This document shows, one piece after another, positions 1-16,500 of a stretch of DNA of 64,000 bases; the first letter of the stretch is position 1; the number at the start of each line of letters is the position of its first letter. The DNA is taken from assembly GCF_009914755.1 (NCBI RefSeq), contig NC_060933.1. One strand, given 5' to 3'. The translations under genes and the position numbers were made by a program. This DNA comes from the human T2T-CHM13v2.0 reference genome, Homo sapiens. The notes under the pieces are model-generated. The model did not search any database and was not told the origin of the DNA. It saw only the letters and a program-made list of their open reading frames with translations.

Positions 1-895
1 TGCTCTTAACTGAGATTATATCTAAGGTCCCACTTAATAACCAAATTTTAAGCCATTTAAAAAAAAATCAAATTCCCTAAAACCAAAACATAGCAGATCA
101 CACTATCTACACAAAATGCAATAAAACCACAAAATAACTCCCTACAAGTATTAAAATTTCTTCTTGTCTTGCAGAAGAAATAAAATTGAGATGACAAGCT
201 ATTTGGAAAAGAACAATACTAAAAACATCATGCAACATGAACACAACATAAAAGCTGTAGCTAAAGCTACACTCATGGGACAATTTATAGCCTTAAGAAC
301 TTGCCTTACTTATAATAAAATTGTTCTAAAGTTTATCTAGAAAAATAAGTGACACTAGCCAATAAAGTTCGGGGAACAATGAGTAAAGAGTTAGTCCTAC
401 CAAATACCAAAATTTAGAAAGCTATGGTAATTAAAAGTGAGATAAAAACTGAATTTTCCAGAAATAACACCAATCTATCATGGAATTTTAATACCCAAAA
501 AAAGAGGGAGCTGCTTTTCAAATCTTTGATAAGGAATTAATTACACAATGAAGAATTTCAGGACAATTCATTTTTCTGAGGAAAATAAAGCTGGATCTAA
601 GTTGCATGTGAACCGAAGATTTAACCATACACACACAAAAAAAGATCATTAAGAACCTACCCAAAACAGCATAATTTTTTAAAAACAAGCTTAGAATGGC
701 AAAGGGATTCTAATATATGTCTCAAAACTCAAAATATATAAAACAAAAGCTGGCTTAATTTGACTCCATAAAACTTAAGACTTACCGCATGAAAACAAAT
801 ATCATAAAAAAAGTCAAAGGAGAACGTGAGGAAAAAAACACGTTCATAGAATCTGGTACATGGCTAAATATTCTTAGAAATAGTCTTAGATTCAT

Positions 896-1112
<217 letters not shown>

Positions 1113-1456
1113 AGAAAGAAAGAAAAGAAAACAGAAATAGTTGTAGAAACCAGTGAGGCAACTGAGAACAACTGCTAGAAAATTAGTAGAGAAAGTGAAC
1201 GCTTATTTGCCAGAAAAAAGAAACACAAATTACTTATAAGGACAGTTGGCCTGGTGGACAATTGTTAAAATGTCAACATACAGAATTAAGATGCCATTTC
1301 TATTTTTAATACTTCTTAAGATGAAAATGCCAGATGATTTCCAATGTTGCTGGGCCTAGAAAAACCCAAAAAGTTCATGCATCATTACTGGGAGAATAAA
1401 TTGCTGCCACCTTCTGGGAAAACAACTTTGTAGACAGTATCAAAAGTTTAAACATA

Positions 1457-1759
<303 letters not shown>

Positions 1760-4662
1760 TATAATACTTTGCACAAAGTACTGGACTGGAAATTGGCTCT
1801 ACAGATACTCACAGAGTTAAAAAAAAAAATATGTTTACAGATGTTCACTACAGACCTGTTTCAAGTAATAGCTAAAAATCAGAAGTATACATCCACAGGA
1901 GACCAGGGAAATAAATTCCAAATGAGAGCTATCAGCAAATTGTTTTAATGACAGATACTACCAATGTATACATAAATGACAGATATTAGCAATGGTTTTT
2001 AAAAATGAGGTAGCCTGGCATGTACTAATACAGAAAGACTTATGAGAACTATCGTTAGGTGAAAACAGCAAACCTCAGTATGTATGGTATGATCTCACTG
2101 TGTATAAAAACAAAGAAAGAATGGAGCAATGTGGATGAACCTTGAAAACATTATGCTAAGTGAAAGAAGCCAGACACAAAAGGCCACATACTGCATGACA
2201 TTTTCTACATAAAATTTCCAGAATAGGCAAATCCACAGGGAGAGAAAGTAGATAAGCGGTTGCCAGAGGCTAGGAAAAAGGCGGGGACGGGGAAATGGGG
2301 AGTGATGGTTAATGGGTAGAGGACTTCCTTTGGGGGTGATGAAAATGAACTGGATGGTAGTAATGGTCAAGTAACAATAAAAGTGGATTAAAAGACATTG
2401 AATTGTTCACTTTAACATGATTCATTTTATGTTATGCGAATTTTACCAGAATTTTTAAAAATAAATAAAGGAGAAGCACAAACAAGCACATGTGCGCAGA
2501 AAACATCAGGAATGAAGCATCAAGTCTGTTCAGTGTGTTTATGGATGCGGGGGGGCGAGTGAAAAGGGAGAAGTGGGAGGTGCTCTTCAATCACACCCTT
2601 CTCAGTTTTGGTTTCTTTTTCAAATCATCAACATGTGTTACTAGATTTTTAGTTTTGGTTTTTTCTTGTTTTTTACTTAATCAAGTACTAAATACACTGT
2701 TCTGATAGAAAATTAAAGCAGTCCAGTGAAAACTTACAGAAGTCCCTTTTGATCATACCCCAGCACCAGGAGGGGCCACTTAGAGATATCTGCCTCCATA
2801 AAAGACAGAAAATACGTAGCATTGTTTAAATACTTAGAATTATGAACAAATAATTGGCCCCAGCCAAAACTCCCCGAATATTACAAGGACCCTTCCCCCA
2901 GCAACCCACCCACCCACACACCCAAAGCACACAGCAAGCCTTAGTTTCTGGCTGGGGAAGACAGCAATTATGAAAAGCATTTGTTTAAACTTAATCCTGA
3001 GTAGTTCAATGTATACCCTCATTTGGCTGTTGTTCTTTCTTTTTCATTTTGCTTTATTTTTAAACAGCTGAGTTTTTAGGGCCCCATAGAAATGTGTGGT
3101 TGGTCAACTATAAGAAACTTGACTTAGTTCTTTTAAAATTATTATTTTCTTAAAAAGAAAGAAAAGAAATGAGCTCAGAGTTTAGAAAACAGCAACAACA
3201 ACAAAAAGAGAGTACGTGAACCTTATTTGAACTCTGAAAACATATACAACACTTCACTAATTAGAAGTAATTGTGTCAGAGCTCTGCCTTGCAAAACAAT
3301 GGAGTTTCCTTCTTTCAAAAGAAAATAATAATGACATTTTATTTCCAAAATAAAATTTCCAAACTAAAATGATGACACACTAAATTTTGCAAATGGTGAA
3401 GGAAAACTGAGATGTCAAGAAAGCTGGTTGAATCTTACATAATTACGTTCTTGACAGCACTGTTAATACAATCAGAAGACAGAATTCTGCATCTCATTTC
3501 AATCTAAAGCATCCACTAGGAGCCATCTGTGAAAAGTCACCTTCCAGTCCCAAGTCCCCGGCGGCCACCTGGGTCCACACTGACACCCCCAAATATGCTC
3601 ATTGCAAATCTCCTCCTTGCACCGCTCCATGGATACCCCACCTCTGGCACTCAACATGACTTGGCTGCCACACACCAGGAAACCTCAGAGGAGCAGCCAG
3701 CTGGCCAAGCACCCCTGCCCCTGCCCTGCGGGCTCCACAAAAGCTGGAGGAGCAAACGCAGCTCACCTCTTTTTCTGTCCACTGCTTCAGGGCCTACCCC
3801 TGTGCTTTGGAGATGGAACAAAAGTGAGAGAGCTCCCTGACACACCCTCCCAGGGCGAGGATGGCAGCTCCTTCCTCCATTTGGTCCTAACACAGCCTCC
3901 CCAGGAGACCAGGGGCATCCACTTTGCCTCCTACTTCAAAGGGCTTCCAGGTCCCGCATAAATCACACTTGCTGACAGCCCCACAATTCCAGCCGCCATG
4001 AGGATGTTTGCTTTTGTTGGCTTTTTTGTTTTTGCCCAGGTCCCTGTAAGAGAAACAAAGGCCCTAGGACGGGCAGCACTAGGCGCCTGGCATCAGGGGG
4101 CTTGGTCCTGGGGGCAGACTGTCTTTCTACCAGCACCCACCCCCGGAGAGCTGCCTCATCTGCTCTGACATCTGGGATGCCCCGCTGCAGAAATCATGTA
4201 CCCCAAGCACAGCCCACAAGTGACAAGGCTCAGGACTCTTCTCCAGGCCAATAGCTGGAGGGAGGTGATGGAGACAGATGGGCAGCCTAGCAATGACCCC
4301 CAGAGAGAAGGCCTTGGACACAGGACAGGATGCACAGAGGTGCCCCATATGCCCAAGGGGCTGGCCAAGTGCAGGGATGACAAGCGGTGAACACACAGAC
4401 CGCAGCCCCAGCTACTCCACAAAGCACCCACCGCCTCCAGCCAGGACTGGCCTCATGAGTCTGTGCCCCCAACTCCTGACCGCAGCACTGACCAGCGCTG
4501 AGGGCCGGGGCCAGACAGCTCACCACCACTACCCCACTTCCCGAGGCTCAGCAATAGTTTAGCAGTAGAACCTTTTTTTCAAGTTAATTCTTAGGCAGAA
4601 ACCCAAAAAGTAAAATCAATAGTGAGCTGCACTTGATCCACAGGCACTTATGGGTGGATGCG

Positions 4663-5047
4663 TGTGTTAGCCTCCTAGGGCTGCCGTAACTAAGCACCAC
4701 AAACTGGGCAGCTTAAACAACAAGAATTTGTTGTCTCACAGCTCTGGAGGCCAGGAGTTGGCAGGGTTGGCTCCTTCTGAGGGTCCTCGGCTGTCCATAA
4801 GCCGAGTGTCGTCTGCCTGTGGTCTCTTACCTTCAGCCACCTTTCATGTCATCTGCCCCTGTGTGAGCTGGCCTGTGGCCAAACTGACCCTTAAGGACAC
4901 CAGTCACATTGGATTATAGCCCACCGTAAAGACCTCATTTTAAATTATCACCTCTGTAAAGACTCTTTCTCCAAATAAGGTTACATTCTGAGGTACTGGA
5001 AGTTAGGACTTCAACATATCTTCTTTTGAGCAATTCAACCAATAACA
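4663..5047 (-). mobile_element. MaLR LTR (MLT1-type)
   Basis: Motifs ctagggctgccgtaactaagcaccacaaactggg...tctcacagctctggaggcc and ggttacattctgaggtactgg are characteristic of MLT1. Confidence 0.75.
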
Positions 5048-5188
5048 GTGTGATATTCTCTGTTAAAAAGTCAGTAAGTGGGAACCCTGAGCCTCCATTA
5101 TAATGGCCATAAAAACTTGAAACTCCAAGTTTAGGAAGCAGCTCTAATCTTATTTCCACCTCAACAATCTTTTAGATTTCCCATCTTC

Positions 5189-5516
<328 letters not shown>

Positions 5517-6170
5517 TTAGTTTCAGAATATCAAGAAAATTATGATTTTCTGCAGCCAGTAACACAAGCTAAAGTATTTTTTCAAGAGCTCACAGTGCAA
5601 ACTCGGGATTATAGAATTAAACAGAGACGGCTGCTTCAGTCTGTGCTAAAACAAGCTGACCCAGAGGCGCCTGTGGACCCACTGTTGGTCTGGCAGGAAG
5701 CAAACTTGAGTGGAGGCTTTCATGATCATTTTAAAAATGTTAAATATGCTCAAAATGGAATGTGGATCAAATATTTGTAAAGCGCAGAGACTCCCCTCGT
5801 GGGGAGTCTGCAAACCCAGAGGATGAGGCGAGTTTCTGACAACTCCGAACTCCCATTTCTCTAACAGCTCACAGGACGCCCCCCAGACCCAGAGATCCAG
5901 ACGCCCCAGGGGTCTAGATGCACCCCAACTCACATATGAACTGCCACAGCCTACTCAATAAGCTGACTTCCCACCTTCTCCTCTGGTCAGAGCCAGACAA
6001 AGGATTCTTACAAAGCAAGGAGGGAGATGAAGGGAAAGAGGCCCTCACTGCAGCAGCCCGACTCACTTGTTCCAATTTGTAGAGATAAATGTCTTCCCCA
6101 GGAGCTTCAAGAAAGGATTCAACAAAGTGATCACCAGCACAGGAGAGACAGGCAAAAAAGACCCTGAGTC

Positions 6171-6468
6171 TTTTTATCTTCTTTTGAGACTGAGTTTTGC
6201 TCTGTCACCCAGGCTGGAGTGCAGTGATCACAGCACTCACTACAGCCTTGAACTCCTGGGCTCAAGTGATCCTCCTGTCTTAACCTCCCGAGTAGTTGGG
6301 ACTACAGGCATGCACCACCACGCCCGGCTAATTTTTCATTTTTATTTTTGTAGAAACAGGGTCTTGCTATGTTGCCCAGGCTGGTCTCCAACTCCTGACT
6401 GCAAGTGACCCTCCCACCTCAGCCTCCCGAAGTGCTGGGATTACAGGCAAGGGCCATCGTGCCCAGCC
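6171..6468 (-). mobile_element. AluJ
   Basis: Antisense Alu with J-type gggctcaagtgatcctcc. Confidence 0.88.
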
Positions 6469-6629
6469 TGAATTCTATTAATGACACTTGAGAGCAGCTT
6501 CCTTGTTAGAGTAAATAAGTAAATAAACAACTTCAGCTAAAATAAGACAACACCTTTGACCAACCCCCTCATCTCCTCCAGGCTGACCCGAGTTAGTCTA
6601 ATATTTGGGTATTTTAAGATCTTATTCCA

Positions 6630-7077
<448 letters not shown>

Positions 7078-7419
7078 GGAAGAAGGGGATCTTATTCTAG
7101 AGATTGGTATCTCCACAGAAATGAGAGCAGGAAGGCGAGAGTTTTTAAATAGGTAAGTACACATCTCTCCTTCTGTATCATTCTCCCCACTCAGAATCTC
7201 TTCTTTGAAATCTTCCTCTATTTGCATCAGTAGATCCCCATATTGACTTGCATTTGTAGAATAACCCACAGTTGAGAATTAGCACCACTTATTTGGCTCC
7301 CATTAAAAGACACATAGATGTTTCCATGTTTCACTCCTGCAAATGGTGTTGCCAAGGAAGAGCATGAGTATTTCCTTAGAGTGGGCCATGGAGTATGTGC
7401 ATTTTAAATGTTAACAAGT

Positions 7420-7722
<303 letters not shown>

Positions 7723-8926
7723 TAAATGTTAACAAGTAATGCCAAATGGCCCTACCTGTGGCCAGTCCTGCACCATTAATGCCATGCTCCCGCATCATGG
7801 TTTTCGTGCTCCTTATTACCCACTTCTGATTTCAGTGATCCAATGAGTCAAAGAGCTTGGGATAACTGTTTTATAATCTGCATTTTCTTGAATCCTAATA
7901 AGGCCACACTTTTCACAAGTTTGTGGCCTTTTGTATTTGTTCTTCTGCAAACTGCCTGACTGTACCTTTTGTCCCTCGTTTAACTGGGGCGTTTATCTTT
8001 TTCTCACTGATCTTGTGAATTCTTTTACATACTCTGGATGTTGATCCCTCATCTGTTCTCTCTGTGGTAAAGGCCATCTCTCCATCCCACAGTGGGATGT
8101 CAAAGCCTCCACACCAAGAAGGAGAAAATTGAGTATTTTGTGTTTGTTACTGGAAAAAAGAAGAAGAGGGGCAGTAAACACACGGAAGTGAAAGTGCCTC
8201 CTCCCTCCTTTCTACGCATTAATACTGCATTTGTTTTCATAAAGCCAGTGTTCTGAGTACAGTGGAGACTGGTCCATGCCACAGGCTGTGCTGAAGGAGG
8301 TGGTAACAAGAGCACCCACCAAAAGAGGGCTCCAGAATAAACGGGACTGGGAAGGGCTGGATTAAACAAGGCTCAGCAGATGCCTCGTGGCCTGAATCTC
8401 CGGGCCCCACCCCACATTCACCTGCACAAAGATGTCCAAGAGAGACTCAGTGCCACTCCAAGCCCAGGTTCCTGGGCTCTGCACCCAGAGGGCCACAGCC
8501 TATGTGATGCAGGGAAGCAACACCTTCCAGAATTCGGAGCTTCCAAGCCCACGGGAACCCCAGAGCACAGCTGCATTCATGGCAACTCAGCCCCGCTGTG
8601 CGCAAATCAAGTGTGAAAGGCCATTTCCAGCAGGGCTGGGTATCAGACAACACCAGGGCTCCTTGTTGATAACAGTATTGAGATGGTGTGAAAAAAACAG
8701 TTCTTACCATTCATGCTGAAGTATTTTCAGGTAAACAATTAAGGCTGTCTGGGGACTGTTAAGTAGGCCGGGGGAAATGAAACGAAATGAACGTGGCAAC
8801 TGTTGAAGCTGAGTGAAAAATATACAGCGGTTCACTGCAGTCGTCTAATTTTATGTGTGTTGGAATTTCTATAATAAAAATCTTAAGAAAGAAAAATCAG
8901 AAAACTTGGGGCAATCCAGAAACTAG

Positions 8927-9348
<422 letters not shown>

Positions 9349-9437
9349 CTTGAGTCTTTCTTTTAACAGCATGTGCTAAACTCCATTGTTCATTGCACTG
9401 GCTTCAGCCATCCATTGTTAGAATTTAACATTTTTAA

Positions 9438-9741
<304 letters not shown>

Positions 9742-10014
9742 TTAATTCTTTACTTTGAAACCATTTCGCCTTTACAGAGAAGTTACAAGAATGGTGCATG
9801 AAACTTCCCTCTACTCTTTGCCCAGGTTCACTAATGTGTCACTCTTGCCCCATGGGCTTTATCATGGTCTGAGATGACAATAGTAGGCTGGAGACATCAA
9901 GCCCCTTTATCCTTTAACATGGCAGCGTGTATGTCCTATGAGTACAGACATCCTCTTACACCACCTCTGCACAATTAACAAACTCAGGAAAGACAAGTCT
10001 GACAACACGTTTAA

Positions 10015-10534
<520 letters not shown>

Positions 10535-11037
10535 CCTGTGGTCTTCTTCAAGCTGGACCTGGCCTGCCCTGTTTCATCGCTCATGTCCTCGACAATTTTT
10601 GCTACAGACCATTGTTTCATAGAATGTCCCTCCATTTGGTTTGCTGATTTTTGCTCATAATCAGACTCTCTTCCCCAGATAGAAAGCAACCTAAATGATG
10701 TATGCTCTTGGGAAGGACGGCATCCATCTGCCCAAATCTGTGGCATTAACCTGGACCACCCAGGTATTGGGATGCAAATCTCGCCAGTCTACAGTTAGCA
10801 ACTGTCCCTTGCCAACAAGGAATCTGTGGGGAAATCCTTTGAGACCACAGACATTTCCTGCTCCTCATCAAACATGTCTTCTTTAATGAGTTTAGCACTC
10901 ATTCATGACGCCTGCCCAAATCAATCCGTACAGTTATTGCTGTAAAATGTGATTATTCCCAACTCGCCTCCCATTTATCAGTTGGCACTTTGCTCTAGGA
11001 AGTGCCCTCTCTTCCCCACCCCTCCCACTTAGGTTTT

Positions 11038-11431
11038 GTAGTAAATTAGTGTTTCCCTATCCACCCAGAAGCTCAGAAAGTGACCTTATTTGGAAATAGT
11101 CTTTCCAGTAGTAATAAGGAACATGAGATTAAATCATCCTGTATTTACAGTGGTCCCTAAATCCAATCACTGGTGTCCTTACAATAAAAGGTCATGTGAA
11201 AATGGCGATAGAAGTCAAAGTGATATAGCTCCAAACCAAGGGCACCATGAGCCACCAGGAACTAAAAGAGGCAAAAAAGTTTTCTCCCCTAGAGCCCTGG
11301 GAGGGATCGTGGCCCTGCCGCCACCTTGATTTTGGACTTCTAGCCTCTAAAACTGTGGGAGAATACATTTCTGGTTTTTAGGTCACCCCGTTTATGGCAT
11401 TTTGCTACAGCAGGCCTAGGAAACTCATACA
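11038..11431 (+). mobile_element. MaLR LTR (MLT1B/C-like)
   Basis: gtgaccttatttggaaatag, ttctcccctagagcc, accttgattttggacttctagcctc, ending gaaactcataca. Confidence 0.8.
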
Positions 11432-12475
11432 TATAGTTATGTACTTATTATCAATGGTGAGTCCTGGATGCCTATTTTGTTCCTTGTATAATCCATGCTT
11501 GTCTTTATTTATTCTGATGCCTAAATGGTCCCAGACTTGGCTGCAACTCCTTCAAGTTGGCCCCTGAGTACATCTGCCATGCCCCCACCACTTTTCACCA
11601 CTCACTTGCGTTCTAACACAAGAACACGTTTCAGGCTTATTGTGTATTTTTCCCTGTCCCCGTCCCATATTCAGTCATTTCTCCAAGGTTCTCTAGCTCC
11701 TTTAAGATGCAACAGTATTGAGAAACCAACATCTGGGCACTAAGAAAGCTCACTGCTAATGAGGTGCTAAGAAATAACTGTTATGTGTAGAGTATGTTTT
11801 ACAAATTACGGTGCATAATTTAACATAATATATACCAAATATATATATAAATGAAAGCATGAGTTACACTGATACCTCCAATTCCAATTCAACCCCTCCA
11901 GATTCTTCCTTGCCTTCCCCTATTCCATCCTTATATCTCCCTCCTTCCTCAGTGAGCACCCTGGCTACAACACTATTAACACACTTCTTATCTGTCTAAT
12001 CTCACAATTCACACAAAGTCATTTCAGAATGGATATACCCACACCACTATGAAAATCAAACCTACTAAGAAGGGTGCCAGTTTTGCTTTCAGGTTGTTGT
12101 TTCTCCTGTAGGCTGAGGATACACCGTCAAAGCACTGAGTCCAACATTACGGTTTCTTTTCCCCCATCTGTGTAGTCATGTTACTCATTTGCAACACATT
12201 TGCATTTATGTGCTTCTTTGTATTCAATTCTAGTTTCCTGCTATTCTTAGTGATTTATTTTTTGAACTTGTAGAATGTTAGCATGTTCTAAAAGTCAAAA
12301 ATATACCAAAAAATGAGAATAAACTAATAGAAAGGAAACCACCTCAACATAGTAAAAGCCATATACGACAAGCCCAGCAAACATCACACTCAATGTTAAA
12401 AGACTGAAAGCTTTTCCTCCAAGATCAGGAACAAGACAAGAATGCCCATTTTCACCTCTTCTATTCAACACAGTA

Positions 12476-12796
12476 CAGTCATGCGTTGCTCAACGATGAC
12501 GATACATTCTGGGAAATGTGTCCCTGGGCAATTTCATCATCATATGAACATCATAGAGTGTCCCTCACACAAACTGCACACCTAGGCTATGTGGTGTAGC
12601 CTACTTCTCCTAGGCTACAACAAACCTATACAGCATGTGGCTGTACTGAATACTGTAGGCAACTGTAACAGGATGGGAAGCATTTGTGTATCTAACCATA
12701 TAAAAGGCACAGTCATATACAGTAGTGTTATCTTATGGGACCACTGTCATATAGGTGGTCCATCGTCTGAAAACATCATTATTTGGCCCATGACTG
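12476..12796. mobile_element. Tigger3/MER7-like (TcMar-Tigger) non-autonomous DNA transposon
   Basis: Termini CAGTCATG...CATGACTG with TA duplication, inserted into L1 at caacacagta|ttggaagt. Confidence 0.82.
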
Positions 12797-13221
12797 TATT
12801 GGAAGTTCCAGGCTGAGCAATTAGGCAAGACAAAAAATAATAAAAGGCATCCAAATTGTAAAGGAAGAAGTAAAATTATGCCTATTTGTAGATGATACGA
12901 CTTTACATACAGAATAAGAGCTACAAAAATGCTATTTGAGCTAATAAGCAAATTCCACAAGCTTGCAGGTTAGAAAATCAACACACAAAAATGTTACATT
13001 TCTGTGCACTAACAGTGGGCAATGTGAAAAGGAAATTTAAAAAACACAATTCCAATTACAACAGCTCGAAAAGAATAAAATACTCAGGAATAGATTTAAC
13101 TTAAGAGGCAAAAGACTCATACACTAAAAACTAAAAAACATTGCTGAAAGAAATGAAAGGTCTAAATAAATGTTAAGACATCCTGTGTTTATGGACAGGA
13201 AGACAATACTGTTAAGATGAT

Positions 13222-13540
13222 GGCCAGTGAGGTGGCTCATGCCTACGATCCCAGGACTGGGGTGGGGGTGGGGAATCCCTTCAGCCCAGGAGTTCAAGAC
13301 CAGCCTGGGCAACACAAGTGGACCTCCATCTCTATGAAAAAAAATCAAAGAATTAGCCAGGCACGGTAGCGCGTGCCTGTGGTTCCAGCTACTTCAGAGG
13401 CTAAGATGGGAGGATAACTTGAGCCCAGGAGGTAGAGGCTGAGCCCAGGAGGTTAAGGCCAGAGGTAGTGAGCCGTGTTTGCACCACTGCACTCCAGCCT
13501 GGGTGACAGAGCAAGACCTTAACTCAAAAAAAAAAAAAAA
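13222..13540 (+). mobile_element. AluJ
   Basis: Alu dimer with an internal duplication of tgagcccaggaggt. Confidence 0.88.
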
Positions 13541-16500
13541 AGTTAATACTACTCAGATCCATCTACCAATTCAATGCAACCTCTACTAAAATCCCAGTGA
13601 CATTTTTGCATAGCAATTTGTGGCTACTGACACCTGAAATGAAGCCAGTGAAGGGGAGGAAGTGAATCTTTAATTTCTTTTAATTTTAATTAATTTTAAC
13701 TTATATAGCTGTGTGTGCCTGGTGGCTACTATATTCCACAGCACAAGCCTACAATGAGGAGTTCAGGCCTAAACATTTCCTTATTTTAACTGCCCATTGT
13801 GTTAACTATCCCTCCAGGAGGGTGTGGAAACCATTAGGCTAGGAGTATTTGGGATTTAGGGGAACCCTCCCCCACTCCAGGAGGACTTGAAGCAGCCGCC
13901 ACATTCTCCTCTGATAACATCTAGAAAGTGACAGAGTGCTTACTGAAGCTCATTCCAGCGACAATTAAAGACATACACACCACTTCCCACTAGAACTTAA
14001 GGATTTCTAGAGGACCAAGCTACTTAGTCGAATTAAGCTACATTTTTCTGTAATTATTTCCTTCCCTTTAGCTTTTGAGTTTTTTGCTTTTTTCAGAGAT
14101 AGGACTTAAAAAGAAAACACCCACAGAAATCCCAAAAACAGTGCCAACCACACCAATAAAATTCCCTATTTTGTAAAAGCTTTATGAAAATTCCCAACAC
14201 TGTTCAACAATTCTTTGGCCACTCTACGAATATGATTTTAAACAGATTACACCCCAGACATATTTTATGACAACTGCACACGCAAGCAAAGCTGTCCCGC
14301 CCTCGTTTCCAACTTGGCAAGCTCTTCAACAAAACCAAATAAATACATGCTAGAAAAAGGCGGCTGCTACAAAACCCCGGCCAGTTGCAGCTATAATTAA
14401 TGGGCTGGAGCGCCTCTTGTTGCTTGGATTTTTACTTTCAAAACTCAAGAAGCCCACACTACCCACTGAAAGCCTCAACAGTGTTATGGTGGTGTTGTGG
14501 GGCAAAGCAGAACCTAAGAGCCCAAAGGGTCACTGAGAAGTAATGTTTTCAAAGCCAGTCCCTTCAGCCCAACAGTCCCTTCATGAAATTGCTATTGGCC
14601 ATGCAGCTGGGGTGCAACCAATAAAAATCCAGACCTAGCTAGCAATGCTTCCACTGCAAAACAAAGCCCCCTGGTTTCTTTACTTTGAAACCTTACATGC
14701 TTGGTATTCTCCACTTGGTGGTCACCACGGGGCTCCCAAAAAGGAAATATCCTAATGACAATGTATGGAGTCACAACCAATGGGCAAGAGCAAGGAAGAG
14801 CCCGCCCCGAGGAGCCCCCAAGGAGGCACCTCAAGGTAAACCCAAAATTGGGCTGCCCAGCCCTTCACCACGTGGAAACCACAAGACGCTGATGGGGTGT
14901 GGAAGAGGAGGAGGAGGGAGTCCTTCACAGTGTCCCCTCCAGGTTCCCAGGGAATGAACCAGATAAACACCAAAAGGAAAGGCCTGTCATCAAGGAACCA
15001 TTTTAGAAGATGGTTATAAACCCTGGGAAGGAGTAACAGTTTGTAGCGTTAACTTTCTTTTCCCTGACTACAATGTGGAATTATATAATTAGAACTCTCC
15101 AAGGGAAAGGATTACAAAGAGTACACAAATTTCCAGCACTACAACAGACTAGCCAGGTCCTGCAGATTAGGGAGCTCAAGTCCTTCACATCCAGTTCCCA
15201 TTTCACTAATGATAACTTTTCCCATCCTGGCCTCTCAGGGAATGCATTTTAAAGGAGTGCCAGTCCACCAGCTGAAACCTTTCTAAAGGGGATTAATCTT
15301 CCCTACCTGTCAGATGAGCTGTTCGTACCCCTGTATTTCTATTCCACTGATTTCAGAAGAGCTTCCAAAGAAAAGAGCAGTGTAAAATTCAGACTCTGCC
15401 AGACTTAATCTCTTGGAGGTTAAATCCAGGCTAACTGTTTAAGGGGCAACAAGTGATTCACTGCAAACCACACTTAAGAGAGAGACATACAAACACCAAT
15501 TACAGCAGCACTTTGAATAAACAATAAAAAAAAGGTTTCACAATAAAAATAAAAATGTTGTTTAACATTGCCTTAAAAATCTGCAGAGCAGTCACCAAAA
15601 ACTACCCCTGGAAAACGCACATTTTAAAAAACCCATGTTGCTTTTTTACATATAAAATATAAAGCAGACTTGTCAGTTTTCCATGATTTGCTTTACTAAT
15701 TAAAAGTTCAGCTTGGCTTTCCAGAGCCCTCTCAGTTACACTGAGTGTCACATAGGGTCCACGGCGATCAGATTTTCAGGGTGACATGCTTTATGAAGTG
15801 GACATGAGAGTTAAGCAGGATCTCACAATTATACTGAAAAATTTCAAATGTGTAGCTCTGTGCTTGGTACACAGCCGTAATAAGAAAAATATGTTGCCTT
15901 ACTATATACATAAAAACTTTTCTTTTTCCACAAAGTCTTCTTATTCAAGATGTTTCCATTTATTTTCTTCTAGATGGATTTCTTCTAGACGGATCACTAT
16001 CATTATTTATTACCACCATCACTCCAAGGATCTGGGCCAAAAGTAAACACTACACTGCCAAAAATGGGGGCTGGGGGGACCCTAATGCTCCATCGTTCCC
16101 CACCTACCCTACCTAGGATTGGTATATAGTCCCAAATCAGTATTTGTCATCAGAGGAAACAGAGTCTTGCTATTAAAATGTGGAATAAGAACTTACAAAT
16201 CCTTTTAGAAAAACCCCTAAATAGTTTTACATAATAAATTATTTCGTGGATAAAACACACTCAAATAACAGGGACTCCTCTTTTCACAGCAGAAAAGATC
16301 CCAAACACTCAAATCTCCTGTAATCATATAATTTTATTATTATTTTGAATAAAAATTATCATACTCTTTGGATTTTGTTAACCTAGCCATACAGAACGAA
16401 GAGAATTATATCCTATGCCCTCTCCTATAAAGATTATGAGTATTTCACTAGAAAAAGAACAGGGTTCAAAAATTAAAGAAAACGACTCCAATTGCTTTGT

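Larger units (their letters stand above)
12310..13610 (+). mobile_element. L1M ORF2 fragment interrupted by a Tigger and an Alu
   Basis: aagactgaaagcttttcctccaagatcaggaacaagacaagaatgccca is L1 RT-region sequence; it resumes after each insertion. Confidence 0.8.
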
